NCBI RefSeq assembly: GCF_947568905.1
Contig: NC_079171.1
Location: forward strand, 29,326,001-29,390,000
From: Ostrea edulis
Taxonomy: Eukaryota
Reading direction: 5' to 3'
Length of the DNA stretch: 64,000 nt
Position 1 is the first letter of the stretch, and each line of letters begins with the position of its first letter. Below the pieces are notes generated by a model. The model ran no database searches. It was given only the letters and a program-made list of their open reading frames with translations, and was not told where the DNA came from. A program made the translations under genes and the position numbers. This document shows, piece by piece, positions 38,005 through 50,000 of the stretch.

Positions 38005-40358
38005 CAATTGAGCTGCAATTTACTCGTCGACAAAAAGTCTTAGTCCAAATTCTACCGTTTTCATATCATAATTTTTTTATCGTTTGGACTACCATAAATT
38101 TTATTACATATTCTTTCTTCTCTCAACGAGACGAACAATTTGATGTAAATATGTTGGGCTTTAGTACGAATAACAAACCCTAACCCTAACCCTGACTTTT
38201 TGTCAATAAATGCATACCACATTCTCTTCCTCCTCTTCTATCTCCTCGATGAGGGGACCCCGTTCTTCTGTTGGGTTGCCTTCTATCATCTTATGCCAAA
38301 AACAATATGATATTAATCATATGAAAGAAAATCCTTGTTACGGTTTATGCAAATACCAAACAAATATATGCATACCAGTTGGTCTTTGTTCCTCATGACG
38401 GTTTTTATGGCTCTCGTGACCTTCACCGCGTCCGCCTTCCTCTGGGTGAGGATATAAAAACTATCCTGAGTGGCGGACCGGTGATTCATCTGAGCCGCCA
38501 ACTTTTCCTTTGAAAGGGGGAACCTGTCTCTGACCTGTAAAAGAGGGTAGAAATGTTCCATATCTTTACCTATGCATTCCTAGTTCCATTCTTACGTTTT
38601 TTGATCAAATGACTTTAAAATGTACCGATGTGGCGGTCCCCTGCCTCATCTTCGTTCCTGAGATGTCTTTCTCGAGACCAGTCGCCTTCCAAATGGATTT
38701 GATGGCCTTGTCCATTGTTGATGTTGTCATTGGTCCGGGCGATGGTGTTCTGCTGGGGAAAGTCACGAAGACAGGTGCAGAGTCTCCCTCCAGGGAGCTG
38801 TTGTATCCAGGCAACCTGGTTCTCCCCTTCAGGAATCCCTGTACCTGCCTCCAGAGACGATCCTCCAGCACCAGGGTCACTGGCGATATCTGGCCAGTCT
38901 TGTGGGCTGCGATCTGAAAGATAATCCAACACTTTGATTATACTCTTGTGTCTTTCACATTGATAAAGGTGACCTTTTATTTGTGTCATGGAAGAAGACT
39001 TACCACACACACACGGCAATCCTCCTGCAGCTCGGCATTTTTCAAATGCCGCAGCTTAAAGTTGACAAGGGCCCCCACCCTCTGGCCGTTGTCAATGATA
39101 ATGTTGAGGATGAGGAAGTTCCGGTCCAACACAAACTCCCTCTCCAGCACGACTTCCTGAGATGGCTTTTGAAAGTCCTCCAGGATCCGTTCCGCCTGTT
39201 GGTATATCTCAGACTCCTGGAATCGCTGGATCTCCTCCGGCTCTATCCTTTGCTCTGTAAATAAACAATACATTGAAGATAATGGGAGATAAACTACTAC
39301 TCTACCAATTACCAAAAGATAGTATTTAATGTACCATTGTTAGTGACTATTTTAACCACACACCGCTTGTTGATCGAGGTCTGTAACGACCTCGCCCATC
39401 TCTGCAAGCGTGCGGCCACCTGTGTGTAGGGCCCGATCTCCAGCTCCTTCACGTCCATCAGGTACTCGTAGAAGTCTCTAAAAGACCCTAAGAAAATTAA
39501 GAAAGCAAATTCTACAAAAATGTCACTAAAGGTTCAGATTCATAATTCCAATACAAAATCAGATTGTGCATTCATAATAGTTTACCAATATAACTTCTTA
39601 TAGTCCCTGGCGCATATTTATTCGTTGCCCAGGAAAACCACTGATTTCTTACGCGGACCACATCCACAACAGCGTAGGGTCCAGATGTCGCCACTGCAAT
39701 GATACATGAGATATGATTTTAACATGGAATAGGTATAGGGTTATCGTATACACATGCAAAATCAGACTTGTTGTGGTAATCGATTTTATAGTTATCCCAT
39801 TCAAGGGAGTGATCAGGCCTGCTACTTGTAGCTGCACTGATATCCGGGGTGGAGGGCTCCTTGCTGGTGGTTCTAAAGAATTTATTATGACATGGTAATG
39901 ATCAATAATCTAGAGTGGGGATCAAAGTAAATTAAGTCATTGCAAACCATCACTTACCTTCCGGTCACTTGGGACGACTGTGCAGTCATTACCACGGCAT
40001 GAATTTCCCTTCCCCTGGCCATCTTGTGCGCATGCACAAGATGCGTGTCCAGGCGAAGGACGGCTTTTCCACACTTGGGGCAGTCCTTTAGTCTGAAGAC
40101 GGAAAAATGGATTTTGAAAAAGAAAATGAAAATTAATAGTACCTTTCGATGCATGTATAGGAAAAACACCAGAATTGCCTAGCTACAGGGCGCCGCCATT
40201 GTGGACACCCAAAGTTGTGTGGAGAAGAAAAGTTGACAGGAGATCTGATTGGTCATTAACAGGAGATCTGTCCTATACTGAGGTAGCGAGAACCAGTTTA
40301 TGAGGTAAGTGTAAGAAAGTAGTGCATGTTTAGCGCCATTTGTCAGTTTTACAATAAA

Positions 40359-40766
40359 ATGGATGCATTTTTTGATAATTTGAAAGAAAAAGTAAATCGT
40401 AAAAGTGTACGGGGCCCCCAAAGGGGCACCTGCATCATTTGGAGGGGTAGGATTTCCCCCTCTGGCTATGGGCTACAAACTGTCTACTGGCCAGAGGAGG
40501 GAAGAAAGGTGGAAAAGGCCCACAGAGTTGCCCTTATGGCAGAGTGGAAACTGACTCGGAGTCAGTTTCCACGTGACAATGTAGAATGCAGCCACCTCTG
40601 CCATACCAAGCTGTGTGTGAACCCCTAGCATCTGGTAGTGGAGTCCCACTCTATCAACCAGGAGAGGATTCACTGCCAGTTGCAGGGGGTGTGCAGCAAG
40701 TCACACATGCCCGGGTGCATTTTATGTAATTACATGTATTTTACATGTAAATTTCATTTCATTTAG
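40359..40766 (+). pseudogene. His-Me finger nuclease of KolobokP-like copy 2
   Basis: MDAFF...CIIWRG...GYG...KAHRVA...ECSHLCHTKLCVNP*HLVVESHSINQERIHC; single in-frame TAG at 40626-40628. Confidence 0.9.
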
Positions 40767-42850
40767 CATATTTAGATGGTGGTTTTGAATAGCTGTGCTC
40801 AATTTTTTTGCATAATTTCTGCTCTTTGATGATTTTGAGAGCATCAGATTTTTTCTATAGTTTACTTCTTCCTGATGTTGTTCATAAAGTTTATACAATT
40901 TTCTTCTTCTAATTACTCTGGTATTTCTATACTTTTTAGATTTTTGGTACATTTTTTGTCTTTCATAATTATTTTGAATATTTTTCAGAGATTGGCTAAC
41001 CCTCCTCCCCCCCCCCCCCCCCCCCCCCCTCTGGGATAGGAGCACCCACACCAGCACATAAGGCCTTTAGGGATTCCCCAGGACCATTATTTGTACTGTG
41101 AGCTGTGACATTCTTGGGTAGTGAACGCCTTAGACGTCGATTAAAGCTCTCCACTTTCTGTGTATTGTGGGAAAGTTATGTAGTAGTTTATTTTTCTCTG
41201 CTTTTGAATTTCTGGGCATGATTTTCTGTACAGATTGGTCTTTTTTGATGGCCTTTCTGACATTTTCGGCAAGATGCCGTGTGTCGAGAAAATGTCTAGG
41301 TTTGTCCTGCAGCTTGCCTTCAGCATGCAAAGACTCTGCGGCCTTGTATATCGTGCTGTCAGGATCTGATGTTATGTCCTTGACACATAAATCATTCTTG
41401 AGAAGGTCTTCCATGCCTTCCTTGGCCCAGGTGAATTCATCACCGATGTTTTTGGCCTTAGGTATATTCGCCCCACATGTCTGCTCAGTGCACACATGAC
41501 TGGGATTGTTCTTGAGATGTTGTCCTTTGGGGCATTTTTGTTTTTAGTTACTAAAGATATTATTTCGTGACTACTGGTCACATTCTCTGCAATTGAGAAG
41601 ACGGTTTGTGTAGCTGGCTGGAAGGGGGTTTCCCCTACCCCAGAATATAGGGCGTTATTATACATCCCGTCGCACTGAATTCCTATGGTTTTTGGACTTT
41701 TGGTCCCCCTCAATTTATTAATATCAACTAATTTCTTACATCTTTTTTTTCATATCAGACTTGTTTAAGGTGATTACTTTTTGCATAATGGTGTTGCTTG
41801 TTTTTTGTAGAGAAGACTCGGCTGGAGGTGGGGTGTTGGTTGACATGAGGATTTTACGAAGAGAAGAACTGCCAATGGGGGTTTGACTGAGACCTATTTG
41901 TAGGCCATAGTTTATTGCTGCTGCTTTGCTTCCCCTGGAACCGGATTCTACTTCGACATAGAGGCTATACATTTTGGACACGTAGGTGCAGGTGTTACAT
42001 TTAAGCCGTAACCTAGTGCCCAGGCCACACCTCTCTTCAGAGTCCAAGTCCCAGGTTAGGTCACCATCACAGCCTGGATTGGCCCACCCATGTTCTTTGA
42101 ACTCTGCGTTGAACATGCCACATGTCTTTTCCAGATGCAGCAGTCTGGAGGAGTCATTTTCACACCTGCCAAAATCAGTTATGTACCTGATTACTTCCTA
42201 ACCAGGCAAGTTCATTTTCAGAAATTAGAGTTACTTCCCTTTGACTATACTTGTTCTCAAAGTTGAGTCAAGAGGCTCATCACAGTCCCTAACAACTGTT
42301 TTTTGTAACTTTCTCTTCATATGAATGAACAATTATTGTAATGTTGCTATAATTTAGAGAGTTTATTAATTATAAAATTAATTAAGCTAATTAAATTTAC
42401 AGGATCTTAGGGATACCCCTTATTTCAGCCAATTTGGCCATATATGGGCCTATTCTGAGAATTAGAAAAAATATTTTCTACTCAAAGAGGTTTTGTTTCA
42501 TAATTTAAGAAAGTTAGAAGAATTGTAATCGTTACCCTGAGGATTCAGCCTGATTTAAAGTCTCATGGTTTCCTTCCTTTTTCAGGGGTCTTGGCCGAAG
42601 CAGTCGGTGGCACCCAGGCCTGAGCATCATTTCCTGCTCCTCGCACAGAGAGGGTGGATGCGTCACCAGTTGTAGGGTTTCCCTGTCAACTCTCGTGAAT
42701 GGTGCAGGTGAGTTTTCTTTTTTTTTCATGTAATTTCCCCTTGTTGTGAGGCACATATTTTGGCTTAAAACCATCATTATTCCCTTTTTTTGAATTTTCC
42801 CATCTTTGAAAACTGACATAATTCTGCTAGGAATATTCTGTCTGAAGTGA
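40722..42850 (-). pseudogene. KolobokP-like DDE transposase (copy 2), frameshifted and internally deleted
   Basis: RLLRP, CDGDL, LKCNTCTY, TPPP, IQCDGMYN (D), ITSDPDS (D), LDTRHL, TQKVESFNRRLRRSLPKN (E). 5' start approximate. Confidence 0.8.
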
Positions 42851-44365
42851 AATTCACTTGTGATGTGCTTTTTCCAGTGCTCTATCAGCATCATGTCAAG
42901 TTTAAGTGATATCGTGTAATAATTTATTATCATGATAGGAATTAGCAAGCAACCCTCACTGCAAAATGTATCTGAGTTAAAGAGGGTAGTGACAGTTTTA
43001 CTGTTACAGAGAAACAACACTACTAGATCAGATTACCCCTCATATGTTTTGATAACCTCCTATTAATTGGCTGTCAGCAGCTTAGTGAATTGATTCTGAA
43101 TTGGAAAAGTAAATGCATTTTGAAAGCATTTTTCCTTGATAAATTAAGATTTGTTGGCCATTTTTTTCAAAAACCGGGTAGAATGTACCCTGAATATGTA
43201 AATTACATGTGAATCCTCACATCCTCTTGAAAACATAAAAAATAAGACAATAAGACTGTTATTTACATTTTTACTTCATTAAGCACTGTAAAAAGTCATT
43301 ATAAAGTTGACATTCAACACAGCTTCATGTCACAGTTGAGTTCATCATGTGTGAGGGGTTACATTATATAGATAGTCATAATTTACATGCTTTTTCATGT
43401 TACATATTTTACATGTACTATGTGCATGTTATCTAAAAATGTCAAATTGGCCACTTTTTCACTTTGTTTTCCATTTGGTTATAGGAAAAACACCAGAATT
43501 GCCTAGTTACAGGGCGCCGCCATTGTGGACACCCAAAGTTGTGTGGAGAAGAAAAGTTGACAGGAGATCTGATTGGTCATTAACAGAAAATCTTTGTGAT
43601 GGAATTTAATAGTGAAATATAAGTGATAAAAATGACAGGTGACATAACAGAATATGTAGAAAGATACAGAAGTTATAAGGGAAGATCTGAGTGGAGAGGT
43701 GATATTTGGATGGACAATTTCATTCAGTGCGGATCTACACCAGTTGTAAACAGGCCAAAATTTGAAGGAAAAACGCAACGGCAAGCCGTATATTTTTTGG
43801 TGGAATTTTGAAGGGGAGATGATGAACTTTGCTGAATGGTGACTGATTTTTTGAAAATTGGCTTAATAAATAATTGACAGTGATTGGAATTTGTATGGAA
43901 GTCTATGGGAAAACATTTGGTGGTGTTTGTCCATGAAGAATATGATTGTTCGGTTTTAATATGCCGCTGGTTCTTACTTAGATTTGTTCTTCCTGGTCTC
44001 TGCCCTGGACCTCTTGTGTACGGTCGGAAGGTGGACAACCTCCACTCCAAACTCCGGACAGGCGGTCCTGGTCCTCGCGCCGTCCCCCTTCCGGCCACCT
44101 TCCTCTTCTTTGCATGACTCTTGATGTTATCGTCTGTAGATGAAAAACCCATTGAATTACAATCCACACATATTAATAGTTTATGGTAATAATTCTACCA
44201 AATGCTAGAAATGAAGTACGTTACCCTCACCCTCTTCCTCTTCCCCCTCACTGGAGGAGACTTCTCCATATTCTGGGAAAGGCATGAAGGTGGGGTCGTC
44301 TTCCGCCTCCCTCCACCTCCATCACCACCCTCCTCCACTCCTCATCTTCGAGAGGCTCGTCCTCC

Positions 44366-44620
44366 GATGTCTGAAATAATTGTAGTTGTTATTGAATATG
44401 CAATCTAGAAAGAGAACGAAGTGACTAGAAGCTTTAAGTTAAATACTTACATCCTCCTGGTCAGAGACCAGGGCTGTCTCTACAGCTTCTTTCTCGCCAG
44501 ATGTCTGAAACAGTTGTAGTTGTTATTGAATATGCAATCTAGCAAGAGAACGAAGTGACTAGAAGCTTTAAGTTAAATACTTACATCCTCCTGGTCAGAG
44601 ACCAGGGCTGTCTTTAACTT
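44366..44620. repeat. 134-bp tandem duplication containing a small minus-strand exon and its intron
   Basis: Units start at 44366 and 44500; on the minus strand each has ...ccctggtctctgaccaggaggat|gtaag. Confidence 0.85.
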
Positions 44621-46031
44621 CCTGAAATAGCCTCATATGTCTTAGAATAAATGTTAGGAGTTAGTAGGACTTCCGCAAAACACCAGAATCCCAACTCTGC
44701 CACCAATTTTTTAAATTATGTATATTTTTTTTATCCCACCGCTGCAACTATTTTGTAACTCTAACCCTAACCTAGTGTCTCAGAGAGCATTTAAAGAGAA
44801 AACTGTATTCTTGATATTTACCCCTGTTTCCTCCTCCTCCCTTTCAAGCATCTTCTGCAGAGAGTCTTCCCAATCGTTCTTCTGTTCTTCAACGTCCATG
44901 GGCAGCATCTGGAATAATTTTAATTGCTAATGAAGATAGGTATATGTATATATGTACTAGAATATCGGTACCTGTATGTGGATACCTGTTTCAAGCCCCT
45001 GTATGTGAGTACCTATATGTTGGTACCTGTTCATAGGTAACTGTTAGAATGTAGGTGTATACCTGTTCCATCTCTTGATCATCCAAGATCCTCATCCTCT
45101 TTTACTCTATGTAAATGCACTCTCGCATTTTTTTTCACTATCGTTTTTCAGTAGAGAAGATAAATTTGTAAAGCATTAAGTCTTTGTAATAGATATTTAC
45201 CTCCTCATCACACCTTCTTAATTTAATCTTGAGCGGCCTCAGGCCGCTAAATTGCCTTTCAATTGGGACTCCCCTTCTCTAAAAGAAATAAGTTTGTAAA
45301 CAGAGGTCAATCTCAAAACTCCTATGAGAAATTCAAATTAAATAATTGAGATTGTGAAGGATGAAATGTTATCTTCCCTACTTTGACCCTTATGATACCA
45401 TCTGGCAAGTGTCGTTTGGTGGTGGGGTATGCCTTCGCCTTCATTCTAAACAGGTTTGGATAACCCGGGTTAATTTCCCATCCCTCCAATATCGGAAACG
45501 AAATATTGGAGATAAATAAATAGATGAGCAGATAGATAGATAGATAACACAGTTGGCCTCCTCAACAGCTAAATTGTTGAAAGAATGTTACCTCGAACTG
45601 GGGATTCACCGTCAAGTTCGAACGGATCCTCTCGACTGCCTCATCCACAACCGCCGCCTCTTCCTTGTTTAGACGTGCATTCTGAAATTATTTTAATGGT
45701 TATTGCAAACAGGTATCCGTATGTGGGTACCTGTGTGTAGACACCTGTATGAACGTAGCTGTATGTGGGTACCTGTATGCTTTAGATGTCCTTGCAAGTA
45801 AGTCCCTATATGAATATTCATTAAAGTATCTCAGAGGGGATTTAAAGAGACCACTGTATCATTGATATTTACCATTCTTTCTTCATCTTCCTCCTCACGC
45901 TCCTCCTCCCTCTCCTCCTTCTCCCAACTCTCCTCCTTCTTCCTACTCTCCTCCTCCTATGCCGACCCTGATCCGTACTTTCATCATTCTGCAACATATG
46001 AAATAATTGCAATGGTTACTGTATGTGGGTA

Positions 46032-46170
46032 CCTATCACAATAAAAAAATCACCGAGCGGACCATTCCCGCCCCGATAAAAACTCCCCCCTCGCCCTATC
46101 ACAATAAAAAAACCCGGAGCGGACCATTACCTCCCCCGATAAACACTCACCCTATCACAATAAAAAAAAA
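46032..46170. repeat. ~56-63-bp degenerate tandem repeat, about 2.5 copies
   Basis: cctatcacaataaaaaa at 46032, ~46095 and 46151. Confidence 0.75.
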
Positions 46171-47012
46171 ACCAATCGGATTTGTTTTAGAAAATGGACG
46201 TGTACGACTTCGTCAGCTCCGATGAAGAGATGCCAGAAGGTTGGCTGCGATTAGAGGTAAATAATCTTCATTATATTGATTATGAAAATGGTGAAGATCA
46301 GGGCTACCATATTGTTAGGAAAGCAGGTAGAACGTATCATATGCAAGGTGAAGATAACGAACAGTGATTAATCTAGCCCCTTTAACGGTGAACTCACCCC
46401 CTCCACTGTTTCTAGAATGTCTAGTACAAAGGAGGGTTGCTTCGAACAAACTAATCTCACAACTGTTCTCAATCCCTCAGTGTCCATTGTTGAAATACAT
46501 TCCTACAGTGATGTTTATTTTGGCGATTTTGTAATATATATGATATGATAATGATAGAAGAAATAAAATGAAGTTTGAATGTTATTTACCTCTATATGTG
46601 TTTGTTTCTCCTGTCTGACTCTGATGGGTAATTGTTGTTTATCTAGTCCTTGATGGACATACCCACCACTTACACGTCCTCTATTCCGATTTCTGGGTGC
46701 CTGTAATCATATTTACCGCATGTGGGCGAAGCAGACGATATTCGGGAAATCAGAACAGCCAAAAACGGTGGTAGAATTGTCGTGACTAGTCCCAAGCTGA
46801 TCAGTAAATCAATCTGACTAAAGTACAGACCTATATTATTATATATATAGGATCTGATAACTCCCCATAAGAGATCATGTTCTGGTGAATTTTGCATTGG
46901 CCAATGAAATCATAACTTCCTTTTGCTTGTCTGGTATTTCGGAAGTCATTCCATTTTCATACGTATGAGATGATACCCGATGAGTTCCGATAAGCAAATA
47001 ACACAATTAAAA

Positions 47013-50000
47013 ATGGCGTCGATAAGTGCCACGCCGAGGAAAACATGTCTTTTGTCGGATGCGTGTATCCTCTGTGGGTTTTGTTTTAAACAAATTGAGA
47101 AAGCAAGTGACGGTAGTGAAAAAATCCAAAAGTTTAGCGAAATTAAACTGCGTTTAAATGAAGAAAGGTGGGGGAATATCAGGAAACTGACGGGTGTGTT
47201 GACAGATTTGGATGAAAAAGGCCTTGGAGGGGTTTGCAAAAAATGTTATCGACAGGTTGAATCTGTTTTAAAAATTGAAGCCAAAAATGCAGTTGTTAAA
47301 GAACGTTTTCGTGAAATGGCAGTGCGAACTTTGAAAACAAAAATGTTACAACTGCCGTCTCCCCGAAGAACATCAATAACGAAAAGAATGCTTCGGAGCC
47401 CGGATACACATGTGCCCTCTACGAAGAAGAAATCTTTCGACGTATCTGTTGTGAAGCTTGTACAACTGACGCCCTTTAAAGATCTGACGAATACAAGAAC
47501 GGATTCATCGAAAGCAGGGGTAAGTTATCTAAGCATATTGGTGTAATATTAACATTTATATGTAAACATGGTAAACATTTACAAATTGAAAACAAAAATC
47601 TCTAGGCTTGGTCTTAAACACAGATACCACTTGAAAGAAGTGTTACTGTCATCACACTCTCGGGCACAATCCAAGACAATACAATTAAAATTATATCCTT
47701 AGATATGCTAATTACTATCAGGTGTATTAATTAGTGGATCAAAGGAAAATTTAGGAATTCAATACACCCCAGTCTTAGGGTGACTGTCAAATGTCTGTAT
47801 GTGTCAACATACCATTAAATATATAATTAGATCATTAAATATATAATTAGATATTCAAAAATTATCTTAAATCATTTTTAATTGACAGCTGTCTATGCCA
47901 GTATATGCTGCATGTATCCCTATTGCACCACAGGAGAAACAAGTTGGTATGTATAAAAATATGTGAATCATAATTGATAGAATGAATGATTGATTTAAAT
48001 AGAGCTTTCAATAATCAAGGTGTGTCATGAAATGCAAAAAAAAAAACACCTTACAGTGTGTCCACCTGGCAGTCGTTCTGTTTGAAAACAATTAACTTCT
48101 GTGACATGAAAAGTTTCAAGACTGAAAGTGCATGCTTTCATTATATATACTAACTGTTGTACTTGACTTTTTTAGGGATATACCTATGGGTTTGTTTTAC
48201 ATTGTGTATCAATGCTTATTTATCAACATTAACTATATACGAAGCATTTTAAAGGTACTATATTAGGCCAGTAAGAAATTTAAGTAATTGCAGGAAACAT
48301 ATGGGACATATAGGAAATATGTGACAACATGGCAGTGTGTTACATGTGTCTTTGAAAGCTATCTGAATCTCAATGCAGTTCAACAACTCGCACATTTTTA
48401 TACACAGCACCTGCGTTATCCTACAAAGCATCTTGAGAACCTCAATCAGAATGTGACCAGAAAAGGAATTACAGAGTCATAGTTTGAAATGTTGTCCTAC
48501 TAAACAGCATTGTACTTGATTTTAAACACAGTTATGGAAACAAAAGGTTATGTCACAATACAGCATAATGCCATACAATGATTATTTCATTTGAAAAATA
48601 TTTCTGAATCCATTTTTGGTCTAATTATTATGAAATCTAAAGCATATAATACATTAACATTTAGACATAAATTCTGTTCGTGTTTTTTTAAAGTTTTACC
48701 AACAATTGCAGAAATATGACAACTGAAACTTTAATATCAGCTTAGAGCACTCCATTTCCTTAAATATTATCCTTTGTCAGAATGGAATGAAATCATTGAG
48801 TGTGGTGTTCCTACAGTCATATAATGTGTTTGACTGTTCAGGAAAACAAAATCAAGACATTGAGACCAGAAACTGCAGATATTTGTATTTTTAATGGTGT
48901 AAAAATTGACCTTAGATGATTTTATGAGAAATATGTAGAAAAGTGATTGTTTTCAATGAAATATAGAACTTGACTCATTTATAGCACTATACTGTAGATG
49001 TATAATGTCAACAGTTGTATAATAAATGGACAAAAGATGATTAATTTCATGAAAATGGATTGTAAGTAGTCTATAACATTACCTGTAATAACACATTATT
49101 TTCATTGGATGATTTGAATCTAACATATATAGATTTCAATAAAACATCCTTATCAGAATGAAAAGAAAATGCAAAAATTCCTGTATACAAATACTGGATT
49201 TTATCTTTCTAGAGGGTGCATCAACAAATAAAAAAGGATCTAAGCGATCTTTAGATTTTGAGACTAATAGAGACCAAAGCGACATTCAACCCACACCTTT
49301 AGATGGGTCGATTGAGGTTAACTTGTAAATTGAAAGTGTAGCAAAAGTTTTTACTGATCAGTTCATTACTAGATGTTCATGTTCTACTTAGTCACTAACA
49401 TAGTATTTCATTAATCATGATTCAGTTTAGCTCACCTTAGCTGAAAGCTTAAGTGGGCTATTCTGATCACATCTGTCTGTCCAAAAACTTTTCACATGTT
49501 TGACTTCTTCTCCAGAACCATGAAGCCAATTTCATTCAAAATTGGCACAAATCAATTCTTGGGTAAAGGGGATTCAGTTTGTTCACAGGAATGTTCTCTT
49601 CAAAGGGGAGGTAATGAAGGAAATGCAAAAAAAGAAAGAAAGAATGGATTGATCTAAAAATGTTCTCAAGAACCACTGGGTGAGAAAAGTCAAATCTTAC
49701 AGGAAAACTTCCTGGCATAGTGTAGATGCAAGTTTGTTAGAAGGGTTGGGCTACAAGAAGACTTTTAGGAGATCAAAGACCCATAGGCCTCTTGTAAGGG
49801 TTGCTCATTACATCAAGACTTATACTTTTATGAAACTACATCACAAGATGGTGATTTATGTTTTTTAAAAAATTATTTGTATCAATCAGTTTGTTTGTCT
49901 ATCATCGTAGCTCAGTGGATAAAGTTACCGGTGAGTGACCCACAGATCACAAGTTCAAATCCACCAGTCTTCAGTTCATATTTACTGATATAAATTTTTG

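Larger units (their letters stand above)
40160..43932. mobile_element. KolobokP-like DNA transposon with terminal direct repeats (copy 2)
   Basis: Absent from the paralogous site at 37601-37620. 107-bp direct repeats at 40156-40262 and 43480-43586 (1 mismatch). The right terminal unit 43484-43932 (~450 bp) is bounded by GGAAAAACACCA/TGGTGTTTGTCC. Convergent His-Me nuclease and DDE transposase. Confidence 0.85.
38200..46800 (-). pseudogene. spliced tyrosine recombinase gene with acidic exons and C2H2-like fingers; probably extends 5' across AcademH to ~58790 or beyond
   Basis: Exons: CPKCGKAVLRLDTHLVHAH; SFRDFYEYL; NFLILNIIIDNGQRVGALVN (R); VCVV|IAAHKTG (K); ISGTKMRQGTATS|V (R); LAAQMNHRSATQDSFY (H, Y). 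Frame continuity of the upstream exons is not fully resolved. Confidence 0.8.

Noticed and set aside
46800-46830. AcademH acting as a cleanly spliced-out intron (introner-like)
   Set aside because: The nearest AG acceptors in its terminus on the minus strand would add 4 or 8 nt, shifting the frame.
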